A stretch of DNA of 64,000 bases from Octopus vulgaris (lineage: Eukaryota), in NCBI GenBank assembly GCA_951406725.2, contig OX597832.1:44640001-44704000 (forward strand), written 5' to 3'. A program made the translations under genes and the position numbers. This document shows, one piece after another, positions 24,723 to 38,380 of the stretch; positions within the stretch are counted from its first letter, which is position 1, and each line of letters begins with the position of its first letter. The notes under the pieces were generated by a model that was given only the letters and a program-made list of their open reading frames with translations, was not told the origin of the DNA and did no database searches.

Positions 24723-25242
24723 CTCGTATCCTGGACCGGGCTGCGTGTTGTGTTCTTGAGCAAGGCACTTTATTTCATGTTGCTCCAGTTCACTCAGCTG
24801 TAGAAATGAGTTGCAACGTCACTGGTGCCAAGCTGTATCGACCTTTGTCTTTCCCTTGGATAACACTGGTGGCGTGGAGAGGGGAGGCTGGTATGCATGG
24901 GCGACTGCTGGCCTTCCATAAACAACCTTGCCTGGACTTGTGTCTAGGAGGGTAACTTTCTAGCTGCAATCCCATGGTCATTCATGACCGAAGGGGGTCT
25001 TTACCCTATATGTGTGTATATGTTTGTGCATGTGTTTGTTCCCCCAACATCGCTTGACAACCGATGCTGGTTTGTTTACTTCCCTGTAACTTAGTGGTTC
25101 GGCAATAGAGACCAATAGAATAAGTACTAAGCTTACAAAGCGACGCGACGGAACACTGCAGCGGAGACCGCGCATTGAAGCCGATCCACACTGACCAAAG
25201 TCCTGGGGTTGATTTGCTTGACTAAGGGCATTGCTCCAGCCA
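24518..25242 (+). mobile_element. SINE family A interrupted by a different CORE-type SINE (~24720-25007)
   Basis: The inner element has TTGTGTTCTTGAGCAAGGCACTT and CAGTTCACTCAGCTGTAGAAATGAGT and sits in the host's central microsatellite. Confidence 0.75.
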
Positions 25243-25806
25243 TGTGAACATGGAACAGTAAATGCTAAAACAATGATGGTGGAAGAAGCAGGTGATGAGT
25301 CATGGGTAAATTTGACAAAATGGAGACTAATTGGCAACCAGCCACAGGAAAATTTGATTGTCCCAGTCACGTGAACATGGAACAGTAAATGCTAAAACAA
25401 TGATGGGGAAGAAGGGCTGATGAGTTGGGTAAATTTGACAAAATGGAGACTAATTAAAGGGAAAGAATTTGATTGATATGCACTCATTTAAGTACTCAAG
25501 TTTTATTTATACAAATTTAGTTGAATATGCTAATTTTTGATCGTATATAGCTTGATAGGATCTTGATTAAATGAAATGTATCCTTACAGTGTAAACAGTT
25601 CCCATTTTCTGGTCTAAAGCGATGTCGCCGTTAAATGGAAGAGGAATTAGAGGAAATGTTTAATGCATGAACCAGGAAGTTAATTAGTTAGGAAAACAAA
25701 AGGAGCAGAGGATGAATCAAGTAGGTCTAGATAAGTAGCTTAAACAGTGAGCAAGTACAGCAGCAGAACAGAATGGAGTTGATGCAGCTCAAAACAGAGA
25801 CCACCT

Positions 25807-26282
25807 GTGAGTGAGTGAGTGAGTGAGGAGTGGTGAGTGAGTGAGTGAGTGAGGAGTGAGTGAGTGAGGAGTGAGTGAGGAGTTAGGAGTGAGTGAGTTA
25901 GGAGTGAGTGAGTGAGTGAGGAGTGAGTGAGTGAGGAGTGAGTGAGTGAGGAGTGAGTGAGTGAGTGAGTGAGGAGTGAGTGAGTGAGTAAGGAGTGAGT
26001 GAGTGAGGAGTGAGTGAGTGAGTGAGTGAGTGAGTGAGTGAGTGAGGAGTGAGTGAGTGAGTGAGTGAGGAGTGAGGGAGTGAGTGAGTGAGTGAGTGAG
26101 TGAGTGAGTGAGGAGTGAGTGAGTGATGAGTGAGTGAGTGAGTGAGTGAGTGAGTGAGGAGTGAGTGAGGAGTGAGTGAGTGAGTGAGTGAGTGAGTGAG
26201 TGAGTGAGTGAGTGAGTGAGTGAGTGAGGAGTGAGTGAGTGAGGAGTGAGTGAGTGAGTGAGTGAGTGAGTGAGTGAGGAGT

Positions 26283-26345
<63 letters not shown>
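25807..26345. repeat. Compound (GAGT)n/GAG satellite followed by (GA)n
   Basis: Directly visible. Confidence 0.95.
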
Positions 26346-26351
<6 letters not shown>

Positions 26352-26880
26352 AAAGAAAGAGAGATTGTGGGTGTATCATCAAAGATCATCTTTAAGCAAT
26401 ATGCTAAAATCAGTAAGCAGTTCAGGGCTGAAGTTATATCTTGGCTAATTGATAAATGTTACTGCCGTTTATCAATTGTGGACTGTCGGACCCTTCAATA
26501 TTGATTTATTTACCAGATAATTATAAACAATTAATTCAACTGCCGTTATTAATATTTATTAATATATCGCTAACTTTAACACTAAATCTTCTGTGTCGGG
26601 TATAAACATCACATATTCCAAGCCTTAATCACACTAAAATTTCATCCCAAAATAGACTGGATTGTCAAAGTTATATATCATCATCATCATCATCATCAAC
26701 ATTTAACATCTGTTTTCCATGCTGGCATGGGTTGGACAGTTTGACAGAAAATGGCAGCATCAGGGGCCACATCAGGTTCCATAAAAGCATACAAAAGGTT
26801 CCGACAAGTCCAGTATGGTGATATGCTGGGTCAATAAAAAGAACACCAGTCCAGAGCAATGGATTGGTATAAGAACTATA

Positions 26881-27101
26881 AGGCAGCGAGCTGGCAGAAA
26901 CGTTAGCTCGCCGGGCGAAATGCTTAGCGGTATTTCATCTGTCTACGTTCTGAGTTCAAATTCCGCCGAGGTCAACTTTGCCTTTCATCCTTTCGGGGTC
27001 GATAAACTAAGTACCAGCTACGCACTGTGGGTCGATATAATCGACTTAATCCGTTTGTCTGTCCCTTCTGTGTTTCGCCCCTTGTGGGTAGTAAAGAAAT
27101 A
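26881..27101 (+). mobile_element. SINE family B monomer with a 17 bp TSD
   Basis: GGTATAAGAACTATAAG at 26866-26882 and 27102-27118. Confidence 0.85.
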
Positions 27102-27599
27102 GGTATAAGAACTATAAGAATACAGGACTGATGCTTTGTATTTTGGGTTCAGTTCCTGCAATGGTCTATTTGGGTGGTAGACTTAACCTGTTGCCCAGTT
27201 TAACACCACCATCACCATTACCACCACCACCACCACCTGACACCTGGCTACTTGTAGCAGAGTCCACTATTGGAAACATTCAGGCCAGGTTTCCAGTTTG
27301 AAGATTCTTGCCCTCCCTTCCTGCCAAACTAAAAGATAAAAGAACAAAACTTGTTGTGTAGATCCTCCTTCAAGTAGGCCATTGTAATACTGTTTGCTTA
27401 TCTAAGTAACCCTTCCCTCTCCACACACACACACTTCACAACTAATTAACTAGACAAGTTATGATCAGCTGCTATATATAATGTTGGTAAATAACAATTA
27501 AGTGGTGGTTTATACCTGAGTTAAGCAGATTGTATATTATTTCTTTACTGCTATCATTTTCATATATTTACCTCAATAAAAGAAGAAAAAAAAAACCAC

Positions 27600-27632
<33 letters not shown>

Positions 27633-30084
27633 TCATCAACTTTTCTATGCTTGAATGGCTCAGATGGAATTTGTTGAGACAGATTTTCTATCACTGGTTG
27701 CACTTTCTGCATCTACGTTTTCACACATATGCCAACAGCCATTCCTGCATCAATCCAAACATTTTGATATTGTACACTACACAGGCTTGGTGATAACATG
27801 AAGCATAATTCCTCATCCACCATATGGAATAATGAAGGAAAATAATTCTTCACCGTTTGGGCAAAAAAATTAAAGTACATTTTAAAAAGCTAAAAAAATT
27901 TGTCATATTTATTTATTGAAAATTGCCAAACGTAAGAACTATTTTTATTAGCAAAGCAAAGAATTTGGTTTATTGCTGGCATTATCACTTAAGAACTGCC
28001 AAATGAAAATTGTAATTCCATGATTTTCAAAAGAAATGCCATTTATTGATATGAAATTAAATATTTTCATTAACAGTCTATTTTCCATATTCAATAACAA
28101 GCAATCTGCCTATTCAGTAGCTTAATTCCATTTCTCTCCAAACTCTTTACAATGTGATGCCACACTGTGCATCCAGATTAGCTAGATATCTTGTAGCTTC
28201 AAGACAAGCTGTGCCAATTCTTAAAATAGCATGAAGCCCCAAGAGAACTGTGTTCTAACCAATTATTAGGTGAAAATACCTAATTGTTTGTGATGTCAGG
28301 TTCCACTACTGCATACACGTAAAATTAAATAAGTAATTCAAGAAGTATTCTTGAAAATTATTAATTAATTGATCAATGGAATAAATTATAGTTATTACCT
28401 AAAGACATTTTAATTGCGTAGCAGCTATTAATATTACCGTTTAAACAGAGAGCAGTAATAAAACCCTACAAGAATGGAATGTTTACAAACAAGTGTCTGA
28501 GAAACAGTATTCGGATACGACATGAGGAATTATCTGGTAGTGAAAACAGGATGTTGCAGATAATAGCTTTAATTCAAATCTTATATCTTACAGTGAAATT
28601 CTCTTTTCCAACATGTATGCCTTTCTGAAAGAATAAATAATTATCCTCCTTTGCAATGGCATCATTACTATCGTATATCTACTTTTCTATGCTTCTATGT
28701 TTTGGACAGATTCGTGACAATTGTTTTGTCATCCGACAAAACCTTTGATTTACGTTATGCAAAATGAAATGAACTACAAAGACAGTTTTCTGCAATTTTA
28801 GGTGAAGAATTATTTTAGCAGTAAATTTAGAAGGAGTGGTTGGCGTTAGGAAGGGCATCCAGCTGTAGAAACTCTGCCAGATCAGACTGGAGCTTGGTGC
28901 AGCCCCTGGCTTCCCAGACCCCGGTCGAACCGTCCAACCCGTGCTAGAGCGGAAAACGGACGTTAAACGATGATGATGATGATGTTATAACAGATACCAG
29001 ACTTTTTAAAAACTATTTTCTTTATCCTGAGTTTGCTGGCCCAGTGTATCAATAGGCAGTCTTTCCTATTATCTTCAGATGTTATTCATAAGTTTGGTAA
29101 CTACTTGGAGGCATTGTTAACTAGCTTATTATGTAGAGATGTAAATTAAAAAAAAGAAAAAACATCAAGTGACACTTGGAACTGAGATTAATAGAAAATA
29201 TAATTAGAAAAAAAGAAGTACTGACCATATAATTATTGAGAGACACCAACCAAACAATTAACTAAAGAGAGCGCTGACCACATATTTATATAGTAAAAAT
29301 GTTAGTGAGATACTACAGTGCCAGCAGGCAATGACAAAAGGATATATTTCTACTGATGAAACCTAATAATACGTAAACAGTTGGAATAGTCTCCCTTGAT
29401 TGCTAAAGGCAAAGAATATGATTGGCTCATTTCTAATAACTTCATTTTACTGTACTGTTGCTTAATTCTGACATTGAAAACACTGGAAATAATCGTAGAT
29501 GGGTTTGAATAAGATAACAAGATGTTTAAGAATTCATTGACCATTATTGTATAGATATCAAAATAATTTCAAAGGATTTTGCAGTTTCACAGAAAAAAAT
29601 TTGTGTTCAGAACGTAAAGTAATGTATGCGTATTCTCTTCTGAATAACAGTTTTGATGCGAAAACATAAGATATGGATTTGTATACAGTGAAATAAATTT
29701 AAGAAACTGTCTTTTTTAATGCTGTTCAAGTTCTTCAGAATGCTCAGATTTCTTCTTCCTTTTTTTTTTTTTTTAGTTTTCTCAATTTCTTAGACGTTTA
29801 AAGATTGAAGAACACAAAGCATGAGAGAGAGGGGTAGTGCAAACCCAGATAGATTACTGAGGGTTAAATAGTCTTTCATCAAAAGATAAGAAGAACAGCA
29901 ATGTAAGGAGATAAATATATTCATATATTTCTTAATGCAGACTTTTGAACTGCAAAAAAAGTATTTCAGCAAAAGTGCGTTGATCTTGATAAAGAAGCAG
30001 TTCTATAGAGATTATTACAATTTTGAAGTAACTTCAGACAGAGTAATTATAGTTAGGAGCAGGCATGACTGCACAACATCTTCA

Positions 30085-30996
30085 GCAAGTGTTTTCTGCT
30101 ATAGCCTCAGGCTGACCAAAGCCTTGTCAGTGGATTTGGCAGACAGAAACTGAAAGAAGCCCGTCGTAGGCATAGGAGTGGCTGTGTGGAAAGTAGCTTG
30201 CTTACCAACCACTTGGTTCCGGGTTCAGTCCCACTGCATGGCACCTTGGGCAAGTGTCTTCTACAATAGCCTCAGGCTGACCAAAGCCTTGTCAGTGGAT
30301 TTGGCAGACAGAAATTAAAAGAAGCTCGTTGTAGGCAAAGGAGTGGCTGCGTGGAAAGTAGCTTGCTTACCAACCACTTGGTTCCGGGTTCAGTCCCACT
30401 GCATGGCACCTTGGGCAAGTGTCTTCTACTATAGCCTCAGGCTGACCAAAGCCTTGTCAGTGGATTTGGCAGACAGAAACTAAAAGAAGCCTGTCATAAG
30501 CATAGGGGTGGCTGTGTGGTAAGTAGCTTTCTTACCAACTACATGGTTCTGGGTTCAGTCCCACTGCATGGCACCTTGGGCAAGTGTCTTCTACTATAGC
30601 CTCGGGCTGACCAAAGCCTTGTCAGTGGATTTGGCAGACAGAAACTAGAAGAAGCCCGTCATAGGCATAGGAGTGGCTGTGTGGTAAGTAGCTTGCTTAC
30701 CAACCACATGGTTCCGGGTTCAGTCCCACTGCGTGGCACCTTGGGCAAGTGTCTTCTACAATAGCCTCAGGCTGACCAAAGCCTTGTGAGTGGATTTGGC
30801 AGACAGAAACTAAAAGAAGCCCGTCATAGGCATAGGAGTGGCTGTGTGGTAAGTAGCTTGCTTATGAGCCACATAGTTCCGGGTTCAGTCCCACTGCGTG
30901 GCACGTTGGGCAAGTGTCTTCTACTATAGCTTCGGGCTGACCAAAGCCTTGTGAGTGGATTTGGTAGACAGAAACTCAAAGCCCGTCGTATATATG

Positions 30997-31039
<43 letters not shown>

Positions 31040-31230
31040 TTGTGTGTGTGTTTGTCTCCCAAACATCGCTTGATGCTAGTGTGTTTACATCCCTGTAACC
31101 TAGTGGTTCGGTAAAAGAGACCGATAGAATAAGTACTAGACTTACAAAGAATAAGTCCTGGGGTCAATTTGCTCTACTAAAGGCAGTGCTCCAGCATGGC
31201 CGCAGTCAAATGACTGAAACAAGTAAAAGA
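30085..31230 (+). repeat. Tandem array of SINE-A 5' halves (165 bp period) ending in a complete SINE
   Basis: Unit starts at 30168, 30333, 30498, 30663 and 30828, plus a partial unit at 30085. Confidence 0.92.
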
Positions 31231-31248
31231 GTGTGTGTTTGTGCGCGC

Positions 31249-31288
<40 letters not shown>

Positions 31289-32860
31289 GTTTGTGTCTGT
31301 GTTTGTCCTCCACTACCACTTGACAACCAGTGTTGGTGTGTTTACATCCCTGTAACTTAGTAGTTTGGTAAAAGAGACTGACAGAATATGTACCAGGCTA
31401 AAATAGAAACAGCATGGAAGCCCCCATCAAACATCATTATCATCACCATCATTTTAGTGTCCCCTTTTCCATCTGTTTGAGACTGATTTTCTACAGCTGA
31501 ATGCTCTTCCTGTTGCCAAATGCCACCTGTTTCCCGGCAAGGTAATATTTTCCCCATGGTTAATCATGTTTCTTCATGGAAGTGTTTCCACATGTCTACC
31601 CACAGTTCCAGTGCAAGAAAAATCAGTAGAAAAGTGAGCGTAAAAATGATGATTCTGATGTTCCCATTTTAAACATCGTTACTATTTGTAACTATAAGAC
31701 TATAGTTTAAAAAATAATTACTGATCTTAATTTTTAATTTAGAAATAATCTAAACCACCTTTTTATTATTTCAGGCAGAGTATTGATGTTGTTCTTATTA
31801 TAGTTGTCAGGTTTTGTTATTGTGCTGGTTATTTTTCCTATTTCATCAAGCATTTTAATGAGATATCTTTATATTCTATATAATCCCATATAATAAACGG
31901 CAGTTCCTAAAAGAAAAAAGGGTATGGTTTTGATACACAAGAAGTAAGACTCCCTTTTAATCCTTAAGGACATCTCACTCAAAACATTTTATATTCTGAA
32001 GAAATCTGAAACATCTCAGAAAATTTATCTTGAAGCAAGTACCAAAAAGAGGAAAGCTACCAAAGTTAAATAACCCAACAAGAGAAAAATGATAATGACA
32101 TTTTTCTTGAAAAACATTTGCTATGAAAACCCATCTATAGCTTCAATTTTAATCATTTCCTCGTAAACCTCTGGTTTACAGACATACACTTAAAGAAAAT
32201 TGAAGAAAAGCTCATTATTTTTGTTGAAATCAAGTGGAAAGGAATCTAAAAATGGAAACTATGTGAAAACCTGTGGCAAATAACTTTCATTAATGAAAAC
32301 TATTAAAGTGTAAAATTAAGAGTATAGATATTACTTCAAACTTTTAAGCCACAGAGGAAATAGAACTTCATTAAGAAAATATCAATGACAACTTAGATTG
32401 AAAATACCAAAATTAGTGCACAATAAGAATTTTGCTTTGCTTTTTATTATTATTTTTTTTGTTTTACTGCAAAGATAATGCACGAGAGATACTTAAATAT
32501 CAAGCTAACAATAGATGTTGTACTAGCAAATGGCATTGCTCTAAATTGAGTTGGCAGAGGAATTTTGATCAGCGAGTTCTACTTGACAATTTGGTTCAAT
32601 CGCAAGAGCGATCAGAAAGCATTAATGACACAAAGCCACCAGTCGGATGCAATCAGAATTACAAACATGTGCATGCATACAAACAGTCACGGAGGAATTG
32701 AGAAATATATTCCAAATCATACTTTGGAAATTATTGAAAAATCTGATCTGCAATTTTTAGTAGCCCATAATGAAGTCACATTTTAAAAAGAAATCAGGCA
32801 AACCTCAATAGGATTTTGTTACAAGCAAGCATCTTTTTTCCTTTTTATTATTAATCATAT

Positions 32861-33266
32861 CTCTTTTTCTCTTTTACTTGTTTCAGTCATTTGACTGCGG
32901 CCATGCTGGAGCACCACCTTTAGTCGAGCAAATCGACTCCGGGACTTATTCTTTGTAAGCCCAGTACTTATTCTATCGGTCTCTTTTGCCGAACCGCTAA
33001 GTGACGGGGACGTAAACACACCAGCATCGGTTGTCAAGCAATGCTAGGGGGACAAACACAGACACACAAACACACACACGCATATATATATATACATATA
33101 TACGACAGGCTTCTTTCAGTTTCCGTCAACCAAATCCACTCACAAGGCATTGGTCGGCCCGGGGCTATAGCAGAAGACACTGGCCCAAGATGCCACGCAG
33201 TGGGACTGAACCCGGAACCATGTGGTTTGTTAGCAAGCTACTTACCACACAGCCACTGCTATGCCT
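32861..33266 (-). mobile_element. CORE-type SINE family A
   Basis: Full-length reverse copy. Confidence 0.9.
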
Positions 33267-33664
33267 ATAAAGATCAGTTCTGCAACTGTCAGAATTCAAA
33301 AGCCTCAAAACCAGAAAATTCCTACCTGTTTCTTAATATTTAAGAAAAGGTCGTTAGTTATCTAAGATCAACAAGCTGTCCAAAAGCTGAAATCTGATCA
33401 AGCTTCTCTCAGAAATTATAAGTATGTCTTTGGGGTAAGTAGGTGTCTGTCACAAAGCCTCAAGCTCTCTTTACAGGAAGAAATGGAAATGAAAATCTGT
33501 CAACAAAATTATGACTGCAAACATTAGCAAAAAGTCACACATTTTGTGGGAGACAGAGTCGAATAAATAAATCCAAATTCCTGTTTCGTACTTTTAGCAA
33601 ATACTTTTTGTTTTCTTAGAGTACTTAAAAACATTCACGCTAGAAATCACAGATATGTATAATT

Positions 33665-34031
33665 AAAATCCTTCAAAATGTTTCAGCCTGAAGGCTGCGG
33701 CCATGCTGGGGCACCACCGCTGAATGAGCTACACTAATATGTGAATCCACCTCTGATACGTGGCATTTGGTCAACAAGGGAGTTCGATGCCGCTGCCCAC
33801 ATCTGTGTCTCCTGTCGTGAGGTAGGTTCATCTGGGACCCCCGACAAGAAGAGATCCAGTTTAGTTCTAAAGAAACCCACTTCCACACCATGCAAGTCTC
33901 TCAGGCATTTAGGGAGGATGTTAAAGAGCTGTGGTCCTCTGAAACCCAAGCTGTTGCAGTATCTGGTCCTGTATTTTGATGGTGATGTTGGAATCTTTGG
34001 CACCATGCAGTGGCGCCCCTGTCTCTACATA
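33665..34031 (-). mobile_element. 5'-truncated CR1-group LINE (RT C-terminus and 3' UTR)
   Basis: ORF ...SLGFRGPQLFNILPKCLRDL...FFRTKLDLFLSGVPDEP; homologous to 60525-61018. Confidence 0.85.
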
Positions 34032-34340
34032 TGAAGACTTTACTAGTGTTTTGCTATTAACAATAAAACACCAAATCCTCATTCTGTAAGAAATGCCATG
34101 TCAAATTCTTTGAAGTACAGTGGACTAAATAGACTTGCAACCCTAGATTTAGAATTTTCAAAAGACATTTTTTCTCACTTGTTCTTCACTTTATGGCAGT
34201 AAAATTATGTATTTCTTTACTGGTGAGAAAGAAAAGAAAAAGATAGAAAAAGGTAAAAAAAAAAAACTAACCGCAGAACTAAAATTGTGATTCCTTTTCT
34301 AAGACAAGAACATTTATAACGACAAAAAACAGACACTTAC

Positions 34341-34399
34341 CTGATATGTGTTATCAAAGCTATCGTACATGAACCTAGTTATGAGTGAAGTCTTGCCAA
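34341..34399 (-). CDS. Rab6: Rab6 internal coding exon (P-loop end to switch I): [V][19 protein letters not shown]
   Basis: Minus strand tttaatttcag|TTGGCAAGACT...ACATATCAG|gtaagt; 59 nt, phase 1 to phase 0; peptide matches the Rab6 family sequence. Confidence 0.97.
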
Positions 34400-35930
34400 C
34401 TGAAATTAAACGAAGAAATGCAATTAAAATCATCGTAAACAGCAAAATGAGGTGAAAGGTCTCTTTTTATATAAGTAATTATTTTAACACTGTTTAAATA
34501 AAGTAACTCTGTAGCAACTGAATATAATGAAATGTTTCCCTTTTTAGTTGCAAATTTGTGAAAATATTTATAAAGAATAAATAGCATAAAATGTGTGCAA
34601 GACACAATTAACACTTCATGTCTCATGTTCAAATATCCTAATACATTATTAGGCGGCATAGGTGTGGCTCTATGGTTGAGAAAGGTATAGAAGCAGGTGT
34701 GGCTGTGTGGTTGAATAGTTTGCTTCCCAACCACATGGTTCTGGGTTCAGTCTCACTGTGTTGCACTTTGGATAAATGTCTTCTACTATAGCTTCAGGCT
34801 GGCCAGTGTTGTGAGTGGGTTTGGTATTTGGAAACTGAGGTTGTGTGTATGAATGTGTGTTTGTGTGTGTGTGTGGATGTATATATATAAATCTCATTGT
34901 TGATCTGACAAAATACATTCTGTTTACCTATGGCTCATCAGGAACTAAAGAAAAATATTTAGGATAAGTTAATGTATGATATAGGGAAAGAAAAGTGGCC
35001 AGATATTGCTTCTTTTTTTAATTTGTCCCTCCGGAAACTGTGTGTGTGTGAACATACATATGTTTGTCTCCTTGCTTTGACAGTGCATGATGAAAATGTC
35101 TGGCCATAGGAAAATATTACCTTGCTTGGAAACAGGTAGGGCTGGCAACAGAGAGGCATCTGGCCACAGAAAATCTGCCTCAATAAAAACTCTGTCCAAA
35201 CATGCAAGTGGATATTAAAATGAATGATGATGATGAGGTGGAAGCCAGAAGGCTGCACCAAGCTCCAGTCTTATCTGGCAATGTTTCTACAGCTGGATGC
35301 CCTTCCTAACGCCAACCACTCAAGTGGATATTAAAATGATGATGATGATGATGACTGGGTGATAAATATACAGTTACTTCATAAAAATAGAAGTAAATAT
35401 ACAGTTGGATGATAAGACTAGAAGTAGCTTAATACCAAGGAAAAGAAGTTACTGACTTAAAAAACAATATTCTTGAAAAAAGAGAAAAGCATTTGTAATG
35501 TATCTGCCATGGGCGAAGAAGAATTACTAAAAACTGAAGGCTGATGAATAATTTCACATAAAAAGTGCAAGGCTTTGGTAAAGAAGATGAGCAGTTACTC
35601 TGTACTAATCAAATATAATTACTAGAAATTGAGAAGACTAAGGATTGCCTCACTTGACATTGAGTCAATTTTTTTTTTTAATGTTTTAATCAGGAGGTAA
35701 GCAGTTATCTATGACTTTAACTGACTTCTGAAACTAGAGGAAAGAAGAGGGAAAGTTATCTTTAAACCGGCCATATACAGCCTGAATGTTGTACCTGTTT
35801 TAAGTTTAAACCAGCCAGATCCGGTATCTCATGCCTACCCTACAATGCTATTCTAAATTAACAATCACATGGTTGAAATCTTGAAGCTACAAGAAAATAC
35901 ATGATTAATTCAAAATTAATAAATAAGCAT

Positions 35931-36348
35931 AGGCGCAGGAGTGGCTGTGTGGTAAGTAGCTTGCTTACCAACCACATGGTTCCGAGGTTCAGTCCCACTG
36001 CGTGGCATCTTGGGCCAGTGTCTTCTGCTATAGCCTCGGGCCGACCAATGCCTTGTGAGTGGATTTGGTAGACAGAAACTGAAAAGAAGCCCGTCGTATA
36101 TATGTATATATATATATATATGTGTGTGTTTGTGTGTCTGTGTTTGTCCCCCTAGCATTGCTTGACAACCGATGCTGGTGTGTTTGTGTCCCCAATACTT
36201 AGTGGTTCGGCAAAAGAGACCGATATAATAAGTACTGGGCTTACAAAAAGAATAAGTCCCGGGGTTGAGTTGCTCGATTAAAGGTGGTGCTCCAGCATGG
36301 CCACAGTCAAATGACTGAAACAAGTAAAAGAGTAAAAGAGTAAAGAGT
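35931..36348 (+). mobile_element. CORE-type SINE family A next to or inside a piggyBac-MITE family 2 remnant (~35760-35930)
   Basis: Full-length SINE; the left flank matches the 39052-39270 MITE body. Confidence 0.85.
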
Positions 36349-38089
36349 ATAGGGTTAAACTGGAGGCCTAAGCTGAATGCTTTCAACAGGATGACTGTCA
36401 AAAGGACCAAGGTACAGGTTTTGGTGTTAAAGCAGGTGACAGATTAAGTCTACTAATCAAATAAGCCACAGAGTGGGATTTGAACTCAGAATGCAAAGTT
36501 CCAAAAGAATACAGTAAAACAAAAATAAAAAAAAGTTAAGTTATTGCGAAAAGAAAGAAAACATTATTTCAAGCTGTGTTCTTGTGTCTCTGAAAAATGT
36601 TACATATTTTTCACCTTCACAGCGATATATATAATATATTTAATTCTGTATGTCTTATACTTAGCTTCTGTACATCTTTGTTAGACAAAGTAATTTAGAA
36701 GTTACTTCAATCAGTAGCCTCAAGATTCAACCAAAATTTAATAAAATCTGCTGAAATTAATTATATAAAGATTTCTTTAGAATGTCACTGAAATGGACTA
36801 TTAAATACTAAGGAAAATAGAAATGAATGGAGATGCAGGGTCATGGAAGTTCAAGCAAATTCAACCCAATGATGATGATGATGATATAAAGTTTGCATAC
36901 ATACTATTTATATTCTAGTATACATTGCAATTCAAAATTATATGTAATATAAAATGTATTAATGTTATCAAATTTTCTTCACAAAGTTTTAAATATGGAT
37001 GCCATTCAGCAACTTCTGGTAATTTGTGAGAAATTTGAAAAGTACAAACATGATTAATTGCATGATACAGCATAGAATTGAGAAGAGCCTTGGTTAACCA
37101 GATTTTGGTAAAATTGAAGAATCTTTGTCATTGGCAACCCCTTGAAGTCAAGCATGATTGTCCATGAGAATTGACTGTTTGTGTATATGCATCTGAATAG
37201 GTATAGGTCAATATGAGAGCAACAATCTGGGGAGTGCATCGTTTTGTTAAGTGTGGGGAAGCTGTTGATATCAGTTTCCTCATGTTCTCGACAGTGAGAT
37301 ATCTTGATCCAATGCCAAGACGTCCAAAATGATTGGTAGGAGCAAGCTATAACAAGATATCATCCGCTATCATAGCCAATTAAACTATGTGATCTATCAT
37401 TGCTTGTTCTGCTTGTTCTGGGTCTTTATTGTAACTTTGGCATGAGAGGTTGTTAGCACTTTCCCAAAGTGCTGCTTTGAGTCTGATGAGAGAACAGTTG
37501 ACTTAATGTAGACTTTACTACTTGAAGTGTGAAACGTACTTTAATATCTAGATTTGACTTCCATATCTAGGAAATGTCCTGTATCTTATCCTATAGGAAA
37601 GTTGCAATAAGTAATTCAATAGTAAATAGGAATATATGTAAGACCCACACAAATCTGCTTAATACATAAAAGTCCTAGACAACATTCAAAAGAAAGTCAT
37701 GCAATTAATAGATAAAGACTCATTTACCAACACCATCATCATCATCATTTAGCGTCCGCTTTCCATGCTAGCATGGGTTGGACGGTTCAACTGGGGTCTG
37801 GGAAGTGAGAAGGCTGCACCAGGCCCAGTCTGATCTGGCAGTGTTTCTACGGCTGGATGCCCTTCCTAACGCCAACCACTCCGTGAGTGTAGTGGGTGCT
37901 TTTTACGTGCCACCGGCATGGCGACAGGCGAGGCTGGCGAACGGCCATGATCGGATGGTGCTTTTTACGTGCCATCAGCACGAGGCTAGTCGGGGCGGCG
38001 CTGGCAACGGCCACGTTCGGATGGTTCTCTTACGTACCACCGGCACTGGTATCACAGCTGCAATTTCCATTGATGTTGAACAAATTCAG

Positions 38090-38380
38090 AAACTCTCTCT
38101 CTCTCCCTGTCTTATCTACTGCTACTACAACAGCCTCTGCACCTCTGAATAATCTAGTTGCATATTTACATAAACCCAAGCCTAGCTGAAAATCTCATTA
38201 TTCCTACTCTCATCACCTTTGCAAGGTCCGATTTTCCAGATCCCGCACAAAACACGTTCCTAACCCTTCCTTCTCAGAACTCCCTGCTCCTTGGAATACT
38301 CAACAACATTTCATACACACAGTCGTTGATTTACAAATATCCACACTGAACATCAGTCGCATTAATCTCACCAGTCCACA
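38090..38380 (+). pseudogene. Decayed LINE (L2/Jockey-group-like) RT C-terminus
   Basis: SLSPCLIYCYYNSLCTSE...SRSRT... resembles the SLxLFYRYYxGxCSxE motif; frameshifted. Confidence 0.4.

Noticed and set aside
25789-26389. SLTH-repeat ORFs (and the YI/HT/VC-rich ORFs elsewhere)
   Set aside because: Microsatellite translations.
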